From positions 124,001-188,000 of IMG/VR virus record IMGVR_UViG_3300042367_000228: 64,000 nt of DNA; one strand, written 5' to 3'. The notes beneath the pieces were generated by a model, which was not told where the DNA came from, did no database searches, and worked only from the letters and a program-made list of their open reading frames with translations. The position numbers and the translations under genes are program-made. This document shows, one piece after another, positions 31,498 through 39,724 of the stretch (position 1 is the stretch's first letter; the number at the start of each line of letters is the position of its first letter).

Positions 31498-32003
31498 GGA
31501 AAGTCAATCCAAATCGGATCGTCTCGTTTATCAAATTCTTCAGCACAATAATCAACATGTGCATTGCTAGCAGAATTATCAAACACTGTAGCAAATCTTA
31601 CATTTTTATGCCAAACATCGTGTTTCCATCTTATAGAATCTGGTAAACATAATGATTGCCAATCTTCTTTAATCCAATCGAGTGTTGCACCCGAATCGTT
31701 AATATCGTCTACAATTAAAATGTTTTTAGCACGTCCGGTACTTGCTAGTTCGTCATCAGTAACACCAAATGCATCACAAGCCATCCATGCATTATGTTCA
31801 TTGTCGTCTGGATGGTCACGTAAACTAACATGTAATGTTAGCATCTTAACTCCGAGATACTGACTAAGTAAGTTAGCGGGGATAAGTCCCCCGCGTGTGA
31901 TTCCGACAATGTAATCTGGTTTCCAATTAGCAGCTTGAACTTGGCGTGCTATCTCTAATGCGGCACCTTCTAATTGTGCCCAACTATATTTTACTACTTT
32001 CAT
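31473..32003 (-). CDS. Type I purine phosphoribosyltransferase (Gpt-like)
   Basis: KPDYIVGITRGGLIPA, PRPP loop ILIVDDINDSGATL, WIDFPWE. Confidence 0.88.
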   Translation of the reverse strand: MKVVKYSWAQLEGAALEIARQVQAANWKPDYIVGITRGGLIPANLLSQYLGVKMLTLHVSLRDHPDDNEHNAWMACDAFGVTDDELASTGRAKNILIVDDINDSGATLDWIKEDWQSLCLPDSIRWKHDVWHKNVRFATVFDNSASNAHVDYCAEEFDKRDDPIWIDFPWENYWKK

Positions 32004-32431
32004 TCGTCGTCCTTTGGTAACATGCTATCCTCATAGCAAATTGCATAAATTGTTTTTAAATTTCCGTATGCTTTTTCTAAACCTGGATATTCGTCGCATA
32101 ACTTCTTAAATGCATCCCATTCTGGAAACGCATCTATAAAAGGTCGTCCGTTCATTGCAGTTGAGTTACTCCAGCTACCGTTACTACTTAATGTACTACC
32201 TCCTATTCCGTTATATGCATAGTAATTACTTGTTAAATTAGTAGCTATAGTATTATACCCGTATACACCATTAGAACCTGTGATAGTAATTGTATCACTT
32301 GCTGCTGCTGTTCCACTCATAACATTTGACGCCGTGTATGCCGATAATGTACTTGCATCGAACGCCGGTATACGAACATGTGCATCTCCATCCATAGTAA
32401 ATGTAATCGTATCTTTATTTGAATCTATCAT
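32000..32431 (-). CDS. Hypothetical protein
   Basis: 143 aa with a low-complexity N-terminus and C-terminal LCDEYPGLEKAY. Confidence 0.55.
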   Translation of the reverse strand: MIDSNKDTITFTMDGDAHVRIPAFDASTLSAYTASNVMSGTAAASDTITITGSNGVYGYNTIATNLTSNYYAYNGIGGSTLSSNGSWSNSTAMNGRPFIDAFPEWDAFKKLCDEYPGLEKAYGNLKTIYAICYEDSMLPKDDE

Positions 32432-33509
32432 ATAATTTCTCTGCGTTAAAAAACTCTTTTGTTAAATATTCTGCTTGGGTGTTTACATAATGCGCTATAC
32501 TATCATAGTTTTCTATATAATAAATAATTTTATTACATAAATCATAACTGTGCGTTTCGTAATTTTCGTAACTAATAGACCATTCTGACGGGTATTTAAA
32601 ATGATACATATACATTTCTTTATAACTTAGTCTATCGGGTACCATTGGTATAGCACCAAGCAATGCGCCTTCGTAACAACTTATGCCTAGGGTTTCTTGT
32701 AAGTTAGCACTAAACACAATCTTTGCTTCGCTTAATAATTTATGATATTCGTCTTTAGTTAGCTTCTCGTCTTGGCACACTACAAAATCGTATTGCGGTA
32801 ATTGCATAGCTAATGATCTAAAAATATCAACTTGTTTTTCTGGAGCAACCCTATGCGGAAACAATATTAGATCACGTTTTTCTGAATTTTTATAAGGAGT
32901 TAGCGTATCTTCTAAATACTCCATAGGCCAACCTGTTTTTATAATAGACCCATCGTCGTATATTTCGTCCCAATCCTCGTCGTACCATGGATTTTCACTT
33001 GGATAACCATTTTGTATAACATTGTTAAAAAACATTCTTACGTGAAACTCGGTAGCAAAATAGTTATGAGTGTATGCAGTGTACATACTTTTTTCAGCAA
33101 GTCTAACCCATGCGTCTTTAATATTACCTAAAAAGTCGTGTGGATCATAACTTCCTGCGTGCCATAGACCGTGGAATGTCCAATTTAGATGTTCTAAATC
33201 GTTAATGTACTTTAATTGTATAATAGTAGGATTCCATGCATCAGTAAATAAGAAATGATCATTAGGAGTAGTCCTGTGATAATTTTTTAAAAATCCAACA
33301 AGCTGAGAACTTTTCCATACGTTTGTGTCGACAAAGTTTAAAAATGCACCCGGAGTTACATCGGTTGCGTTTTGTTCGCCGTCTATTTGAATTATGTTGT
33401 ATTTGTCGTTAATATAATTGCTTAGTTGTTTAGGGATATGAGTGTGCCATTGTCTAGTATATCTAGTATCTAATGGTTCTACAGGAAATATCCAAATAGT
33501 AGGTTTCAT
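32415..33509 (-). CDS. GT-B (GT4-like) glycosyltransferase
   Basis: ILFPHRVAPEKQ, IVFSANLQETLGISCYEG...AIPMVPDRLSY.EM (ExxGxxxxE motif). Confidence 0.8.
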   Translation of the reverse strand: MKPTIWIFPVEPLDTRYTRQWHTHIPKQLSNYINDKYNIIQIDGEQNATDVTPGAFLNFVDTNVWKSSQLVGFLKNYHRTTPNDHFLFTDAWNPTIIQLKYINDLEHLNWTFHGLWHAGSYDPHDFLGNIKDAWVRLAEKSMYTAYTHNYFATEFHVRMFFNNVIQNGYPSENPWYDEDWDEIYDDGSIIKTGWPMEYLEDTLTPYKNSEKRDLILFPHRVAPEKQVDIFRSLAMQLPQYDFVVCQDEKLTKDEYHKLLSEAKIVFSANLQETLGISCYEGALLGAIPMVPDRLSYKEMYMYHFKYPSEWSISYENYETHSYDLCNKIIYYIENYDSIAHYVNTQAEYLTKEFFNAEKLYDRFK

Positions 33510-33526
33510 AAAATTCCTTAGAGAAT

Positions 33527-33548
33527 GAAAGCTCCATGAGGAGCTTTC
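33527..33548. terminator. Hairpin, probable terminator
   Basis: GAAAGCTCC-atga-GGAGCTTTC in the intergenic gap. Confidence 0.55.
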
Positions 33549-33565
33549 GTGGTTGAAAATAATTG

Positions 33566-33814
33566 TTATGATTTTTTATAATTTTTAGGTCTAACACCGT
33601 TTGGCCAAGGTTTATTACCTTGATATGGTTTGCGTGGACGTTTACTTGCTAAGTATGCACCATACGATTTACTATCTTTGCGATATAAATCCGATGGATC
33701 AAATTTACGTAACTCAATTCTGCAAAAGTCATGAAATGCTTCTAAATCTTCAAAGATTTTAACAACATCTGGACGTGATTCGAAGTATGAGAATGTTTTG
33801 TAATTTTTAGCCAT
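33566..33814 (-). CDS. Small basic hypothetical protein
   Basis: 82 aa with PDVVKIFEDLEAF.DFCR. Confidence 0.6.
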   Translation of the reverse strand: MAKNYKTFSYFESRPDVVKIFEDLEAFHDFCRIELRKFDPSDLYRKDSKSYGAYLASKRPRKPYQGNKPWPNGVRPKNYKKS

Positions 33815-33815
33815 T

Positions 33816-34028
33816 TTATTTTCTTCCGTTTTTTAATATAGTTTGATTAGTACGAACATTTAACGTGTGTTTTAATTCGTGTAGTTGTTGTCTAAGTTTT
33901 GTAATGTGTATCATATGCTTAGGTTTACTGTTACCTGATTGCATATTTTGTTTTTCATAATCAGTTATCTCTTGGCGTAAACGACTAATTTGTTGTTCAA
34001 GCATAGCTTTTGAGATATAATGTTTCAT
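33816..34028 (-). CDS. Small coiled-coil protein
   Basis: Likely start is MKHYISKAM at 34028. Confidence 0.45.
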   Translation of the reverse strand: MKHYISKAMLEQQISRLRQEITDYEKQNMQSGNSKPKHMIHITKLRQQLHELKHTLNVRTNQTILKNGRK

Positions 34029-34029
34029 G

Positions 34030-34188
34030 CTACATATACTTAATAAATGATCCGTTTTCACCATCTTCGGATACTTCAATCCACACTTCTTTGTGTAGAT
34101 ATTCATTTGTTATATTACAGTATAGATCATTACTTATCATTTCGCAACTTTTGTTATCTAATGATAATGTTAATACGTAGTGTTTCAT
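34030..34188 (-). pseudogene. C-terminal remnant of a second T-fold (DpdL/QueD-like) gene, 52 aa
   Basis: MKHYVLTLSLDNKSCEMISNDLY...VWIEVSEDGENGSFIKYM aligns with KSCEMIASDIL...VCVSEDGESDG of 34364-34741. Confidence 0.75.
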
Positions 34189-34275
34189 ATTAGTTGATAT
34201 TTATTATTTTAGTGAAAGTATAAATACAATATTAGTGAGATAGAACTATGCCTAAACTCAAAACCCTTAATAGTA

Positions 34276-34304
34276 ATTATACATGTTATTTGTGCGGTTG
34301 TCAA
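34276..34304 (-). promoter_or_regulatory. Consensus sigma70 promoter
   Basis: TTGACA-17-TATAAT. Confidence 0.65.
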
Positions 34305-34363
34305 GCATTTTACATAAGTATTAATTCCAAAGTCTAAAAATCGATCTAAACGTATAGCTTGTT

Positions 34364-34741
34364 CTATTTCATTAGATGACCTGCGTCAGTTGGCTGGTAT
34401 GTAACAATGCCATCAGATTCACCATCTTCAGATACACAGACTGTATAGTGCCTATCTCCATATTTAGGCAATAAATGATTAGTTAAAATATCACTAGCAA
34501 TCATTTCGCATGATTTGTAATTTTGATCACCTGCAGTGATAAAATCAGTTAATGCCCATTTAACCAAAAAAAACTCTAATTCTCTATCTAAGTGATTAAC
34601 AGAAATAGTTACTTCGATTTTAAAAATGTGACGATGTATATTTTCAAGAAATGCAATTTTAGAATCAATCAATCCTGCATTTGGGTAACAGTGCATACCT
34701 TCAAACTCTGTTCGAATTTTAATAAATGTTTGTAATTTCAT
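34364..34741 (-). CDS. T-fold QueD-like protein, probably DpdL-type
   Basis: FEGMH, LENIHRHIF (LxxxHRHxF rather than the QueD CxxxHGH), ELEF, SCEMIA, VSEDGE; lies in the deazaguanine cluster. Confidence 0.7.
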   Translation of the reverse strand: MKLQTFIKIRTEFEGMHCYPNAGLIDSKIAFLENIHRHIFKIEVTISVNHLDRELEFFLVKWALTDFITAGDQNYKSCEMIASDILTNHLLPKYGDRHYTVCVSEDGESDGIVTYQPTDAGHLMK

Positions 34742-35265
34742 TTAATTATCTTGTCGTCGTTATAGTCGGTCCAACTAGTAAACACATCTTCATTTTGCAA
34801 AACTTTTAAGTTATGTGTCCACACGCCGGGGTTAGTTGCGTTAAAATCTATGTCATCTAATTTAACCATTGTATTATAACTCCAATCTTTAATATTTGCA
34901 ACCGGAAATCTAATTTGAGGAATAAAATTTTCATATGAACATAAATTAGTTTTATTATTAAAATCATTCATTGCTGTAACCGGAATATCTAATGAACAGT
35001 GTTTGCCTAATTTTAAAAAGTGCTCAATAATGTTATTCCAGTTGAGCCAGGTACCTGGTGTGTTTGGATTAAAACTGTGGTTTGCACCAAAGAAGATATG
35101 TGTAATATCTTCTTCAGTATCTAACCGGTGATGTATTGCTTCTGTAGTATGAGCACCAACAACAAATAATGTTTTTAAACCATATGCTGGAGTATGCTCT
35201 ACTTCGGTACCAACAAAAAACTTAGCAGTGTTAGTAGTTATATTGTTATTATACTGTCTATTCAT
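34738..35265 (-). CDS. Uncharacterised protein of the deazaguanine locus
   Basis: 175 aa (FFVGTEVEHTPAYG.KTLFVVG, HIFFGANHSF, KLDDIDFNATNPGVWTH); translationally coupled to both neighbours. Confidence 0.6.
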   Translation of the reverse strand: MNRQYNNNITTNTAKFFVGTEVEHTPAYGLKTLFVVGAHTTEAIHHRLDTEEDITHIFFGANHSFNPNTPGTWLNWNNIIEHFLKLGKHCSLDIPVTAMNDFNNKTNLCSYENFIPQIRFPVANIKDWSYNTMVKLDDIDFNATNPGVWTHNLKVLQNEDVFTSWTDYNDDKIIK

Positions 35266-36931
35266 CTTTAATGCTATCTTCTAGGGTAAGTAAAGTGTCT
35301 TCTTCTTCTTCAGAAAATTCAAATGCCGTCGGATCGACATTATCCTCATCTATGTCGTTAGGATCTATATCTTCAAGTGTCCAAAACTCATTAAACTTTG
35401 TATCAGCATTGATTGTTTTCTTGCCACAATTACCACGTGTACCAGGAATATCAATCCATAATTTGCTATATCTACTAATTAATTTCAATGCAGAACGCTT
35501 AGTTTTACTGCTAATGATTTTATCAATTATATCGCTAACATAAACTGGATTAAATTTTTCATCAACTAACATATATGGCAAAATATTGTTATCAAATGTT
35601 TGATTTGCTCTTTGTACAGCATCAATATGACTCCATACATTATGCCCCATTAAAATAGCGTAACTAAAACTATCCCAACTTGTTCTACCGACTTTGTTAA
35701 TTTTATTCGTACTGCCCATAGTAATCCAATATTTAGGATCATTTAAGTATAGTGGGTTTTTAAATAAGTCTTCATGATCAATGCCATCATTGTCTACTTC
35801 TGTCCAGTTAGGATCACCTGCACCGTAGATACAAATATCTTTTATTTGTACTTGATCAATAAGTGGACTTGGATTAAACACTTTAAAAATACCATCATCG
35901 ATAACCGCGTCTTTAAACAGTCTAGTATCATATGCGTATTTTTTATTATCAACACTCGGGACCATTCGATACACCCATTTAGATCTATCTTCTAATTCTG
36001 TAGTAATGTAAACCTGACCATTTGCTGTAGCCAAAAACGGACTAGCACAATCATAACTAATAGTAAAGCTAGGATTAACATATTTACGAACTGCTCGTTG
36101 AATTATAGTTAGTAAACATGCCCATTCTAATTTACTAGTTCCTAAGAAATGCATCCAGTCGTGCTGGCCTTCTTGAAGCATGTTATCAAATTTTAAACCA
36201 ATAATGCGTTTAAGTACTAACTCGGCATCGCACATGTTTTGTCCACCCATTGCCCAGCCATTAAATGCTTTATCACCGTAGATCTTAGTATCGCAAAACT
36301 TTTTCATACTTTGATACCATTTTTCTGCATCTTTGTGTGTTTCGCCTTGTAATACATTTAAGAATTTACAAGCACCTGTGCGATTTTGAATAAAGTATTC
36401 ATTGTTAATAAATGTACCTTTAACTGCATCTTTGTAATTTCTAATACCTGTTGCTTTTCTACCAGCCGGCATACGTGCTACCCACGCAGGAATATCAAGA
36501 CACATACCGTAATCCATTAACTCGTCCATCCATCGCAGTACTTGTTCACGTTTCTTTTGTGCTTTAGGACAAGTAGGATCTTTCCAATCAGCTGGCCATA
36601 CACCTTTCCCTATTTGGAAGCCTCCAGAGTCACCTAACACCCAACTAGTACTTCTATCTCTATTACGGAACATGTCTTCACTTTCGTCAAACTTATCTAA
36701 ATCTAAGTTTGCATGTCCAGCTGAGTACAAGCACCATTTATAATAAAATTCACCTTTTTCAGGTTCTAAGTAGTTAAGTCCCTCTACACCTGCTTTAAAT
36801 GATGTTGGAATACGTAACGGATCAACATAATTACCATAACGTTGTTTACCAACAAATGTTGAGTAAAACCCTGACGTTGCAGGCAAAAACACGGCATAAT
36901 CCTGTTGTGTTGCTGTTAAGTTTCTATTCAT
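35258..36931 (-). CDS. dpdA: TGT-fold guanine transglycosylase (DpdA-like, presumed to act on DNA)
   Basis: GDSGGFQ catalytic motif, LD.P, NVLQG, WAMGG, MHFLG, YDCAS; clustered with folE and queE. Confidence 0.78.
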   Translation of the reverse strand: MNRNLTATQQDYAVFLPATSGFYSTFVGKQRYGNYVDPLRIPTSFKAGVEGLNYLEPEKGEFYYKWCLYSAGHANLDLDKFDESEDMFRNRDRSTSWVLGDSGGFQIGKGVWPADWKDPTCPKAQKKREQVLRWMDELMDYGMCLDIPAWVARMPAGRKATGIRNYKDAVKGTFINNEYFIQNRTGACKFLNVLQGETHKDAEKWYQSMKKFCDTKIYGDKAFNGWAMGGQNMCDAELVLKRIIGLKFDNMLQEGQHDWMHFLGTSKLEWACLLTIIQRAVRKYVNPSFTISYDCASPFLATANGQVYITTELEDRSKWVYRMVPSVDNKKYAYDTRLFKDAVIDDGIFKVFNPSPLIDQVQIKDICIYGAGDPNWTEVDNDGIDHEDLFKNPLYLNDPKYWITMGSTNKINKVGRTSWDSFSYAILMGHNVWSHIDAVQRANQTFDNNILPYMLVDEKFNPVYVSDIIDKIISSKTKRSALKLISRYSKLWIDIPGTRGNCGKKTINADTKFNEFWTLEDIDPNDIDEDNVDPTAFEFSEEEEDTLLTLEDSIKDE

Positions 36932-38549
36932 GTTTTTTCCATATATATGTTTTATTTCCGCAGTCCCAGATTCTATCATAATTATTATTTTTCATATTTT
37001 CCCATTCGGTTTTTGATAAATCAACAACTTCTAATAATTTAGATAATTTATGTTTTTGAAATTTAATTCTACTCATTATGCGAGACGGATCACTATTTAA
37101 AAAATACCAGTAATTTGGATCAGTATCGTGTATAAATTCAAAACCAAGTTGTGTATATAAATTACCAGTTGACCATCTTCTATCTGCATATGATACAATA
37201 CTACTCGGATTATGTAATTTTATAAAATGTTTAATTAATTTACTACCTGCACCAACTACTGTAGTATTCAATTTATTACAAAAGCGAATCAATTCCCACT
37301 GTGCAGCACTTGTATATCTAGCTTTTGCAAATGTAGCTAACGATACTAATTCACCATCAAACATTGCGCCAATATTTACACTTGACGAGCAATCACCTTG
37401 AATATGATTTTCATTTAAGAAGTTACGTTTATCTGTAGTTGATACGTCTATTATACTACAGTTTCGTGCAAAAATCTTGGTTGATTTATTCAATTTATGC
37501 AATAATTTTGATTTTATAATATCAGTTTGCGTGTTCCATTCATAATCCCATATTTGTATAAGTTGAATATTTTGCTGTTCACATGCAACAGTCTTTGATA
37601 CATGGTATTGTTTAGATTTTCCGTGAAGTTCGCTATGCCAAAAACTTCCATTAAACTCAATTGCAAGATTAAAATCCGGTAAAAAAATGTCAAGCTCACG
37701 TGGTGCAATGATTGTTCTATCATTTCTAATTATGTTTTGAGTGTAATTAGATAAAAAGTCAACTAAATTAGTTTCTCCGGCCGAAACATTAAATCGTTGT
37801 ATATCAATACCAGCTGCAACCAATCTTTTAAGTATCGGCGTTGGAGAACACCCTAGTTCTTCTGCAATTTGACTACATGGTTTCTTTAATGTTACATGCT
37901 GTTCTATAAGAAACTCAAGATTGTGCAATTTATCAATATTCTCATTAGTTAAATGAATATGTTTATTTGACGAAACACCAAACTTTTCAATACAAGTATT
38001 GTGACGTTTATCAATTACGTCATCCCAATTTCTATTAAGAGATGACTGACTAATTTTTAACTTAATCATATCATTTTTAGCTGCATTATCCACACCGTAC
38101 TTTTCTAAATTTCGTTGTTTGATTTTTTCTTTAATTTCTAAAGATTTAAATACGTTATCAACACCGTACTTTTCCATTGTAGCAGCATTTCGAGTTTCTC
38201 TAATAGTTTCATTGTGCATAGGATGACCGCCATACTTAGCTTGATTAGTTTGAGATTTTTTTAATAATATTGCAGGATCAGTGCCCATGCATTTAGCAGA
38301 GCACCATTCCGAATATGATTTTAAACTTTTAACAAACTTAGTAGATAGCTTTCCGCACCGGGTACAGGTTGGTACGTCAATCGTGTCATTAATAACGTGC
38401 CACAATCGTTGATGCGGAGTAGCAGTTTCGCTTAGAAAACTTGTAATGTCAATAAACTCAATAACATGTTCATCTAATATTGTACGTTTAGCAAATAATT
38501 CATTAGCAGTTGATTGCAATTGTATAGAATTATTCAACAGCTTTGTCAT
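36924..38549 (-). mobile_element. Hef/Vsr-like PD-(D/E)xK endonuclease with Zn finger, KYGVDN repeats and a C-terminal Mom-like GNAT domain
   Basis: CTRCG..WCSAKC, repeated EKYGVDN, ELDIF.P..LAIEFNG.FWH. C-terminal ELIRFC..VVGAGSKL..SYADRRWS.GNLY..LGF. Confidence 0.75.
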
Positions 38550-38931
38550 CTTCTTCCTGTTCTGTGGTTAAGGTTGCAAGTAGTGTAGTAACTTCTTGCA
38601 ATTTAGTTTCTAAAAGTGTAATTTTTGTAGACATACCTGTAATTTGATAACTTGTATTAACATAGTTAGCTACATAAGAATTATAGTTATAATTAGTATG
38701 TGGATCTCTATTATATCCTTCGAGAGTAGATAACCTCGATTCAAGTCCTTGCACACGTTGTTTCATGTATTCATAATCAACATAAAACTGTTCAAACGGA
38801 CCAGGTGGAGTCCATACAGGAGCATCTAACTGTGCTAACATTGTTACTTTATCAAGAGATGATTTAACACTCTCGTTGTTGTTAACATAAACAATGTCTA
38901 ATAATTTTAATGCTTTTCTAATATCTATCAT
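38530..38931 (-). CDS. Hypothetical coiled-coil protein
   Basis: 133 aa, operonic. Confidence 0.5.
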   Translation of the reverse strand: MIDIRKALKLLDIVYVNNNESVKSSLDKVTMLAQLDAPVWTPPGPFEQFYVDYEYMKQRVQGLESRLSTLEGYNRDPHTNYNYNSYVANYVNTSYQITGMSTKITLLETKLQEVTTLLATLTTEQEEDDKAVE

Positions 38932-39668
38932 TATTTTGTTTGTGCTGGTAATGTATAAGTATATTCTGCAATTCCGCTATCAACAACAATTTGTAATGCA
39001 CCTTGATCTGCAATACGCATAGTGATGGTTCCGTCTAAATTTAAAATACTTAATATTTGTGCTACCGGCCATGACCAAGTATTTTTTAATTTATAATCAA
39101 TACCGGTATAAAATACAAAAGTACCAGCATGTGTGCTTGCATCACCAAAACTAAACACTAAATTATTATCTTCAGTCGAAACTTGGAATACTGTTTCTTC
39201 TGTGTGTGCAGCAGCTTGGAATTTTAATCGTTGCACATTAGCTGCTTCTGGTTTAAATTCGATATCGTAAACAATTTCTACTTTGTTTTTAGGTTTTTTT
39301 ACTTTTGCTTCGATAATTGCGCGAGCCATAAATCTATAATCATTTTGAAAATCGCCAGCAGCATTAGTAAAGTGTAAACCTGTAGGCACATATTCTCCAT
39401 CTCGGGTGTCGTATACAATATTAATAACTGCATCATTTTTATATTCTGGACATTTAAGATGTAAATCTAATTTGTTTAAATTAGGCATGCCAAATACACT
39501 TGATAAACCGTTAACTGGTGCAAATGTTTTTGCATTAAGAATTACTGATCTATCTTCAGCCATTGAATCAACTTCAACGTAATTGTCATGTTCTGCTGCA
39601 ACCTTAACTAATGGTAAAACGCCTAATGTGTGTGTATGTGCTACTAAATCTTGTAAAAAGTCTTTCAT
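38931..39668 (-). CDS. DNA polymerase sliding clamp (gp45-like)
   Basis: 245-aa beta-rich protein ending YTYTLPA, directly downstream of the polymerase. Confidence 0.65.
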   Translation of the reverse strand: MKDFLQDLVAHTHTLGVLPLVKVAAEHDNYVEVDSMAEDRSVILNAKTFAPVNGLSSVFGMPNLNKLDLHLKCPEYKNDAVINIVYDTRDGEYVPTGLHFTNAAGDFQNDYRFMARAIIEAKVKKPKNKVEIVYDIEFKPEAANVQRLKFQAAAHTEETVFQVSTEDNNLVFSFGDASTHAGTFVFYTGIDYKLKNTWSWPVAQILSILNLDGTITMRIADQGALQIVVDSGIAEYTYTLPAQTK

Positions 39669-39688
39669 GTGTAATCTCCTAGTAATAT

Positions 39689-39717
39689 ATTATAATGTAT
39701 TTGTAGTGGGTTGTCAA
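39689..39717 (-). promoter_or_regulatory. Consensus sigma70 promoter
   Basis: TTGACA-17-TATAAT upstream of the clamp gene. Confidence 0.8.
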
Positions 39718-39724
39718 TTTTATT

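Noticed and set aside
34200-34380. Possible frameshifted extension of the T-fold gene (..EQAIRLDRFLDFG..)
   Set aside because: No slippery site is evident and the gene is already full length for the fold.
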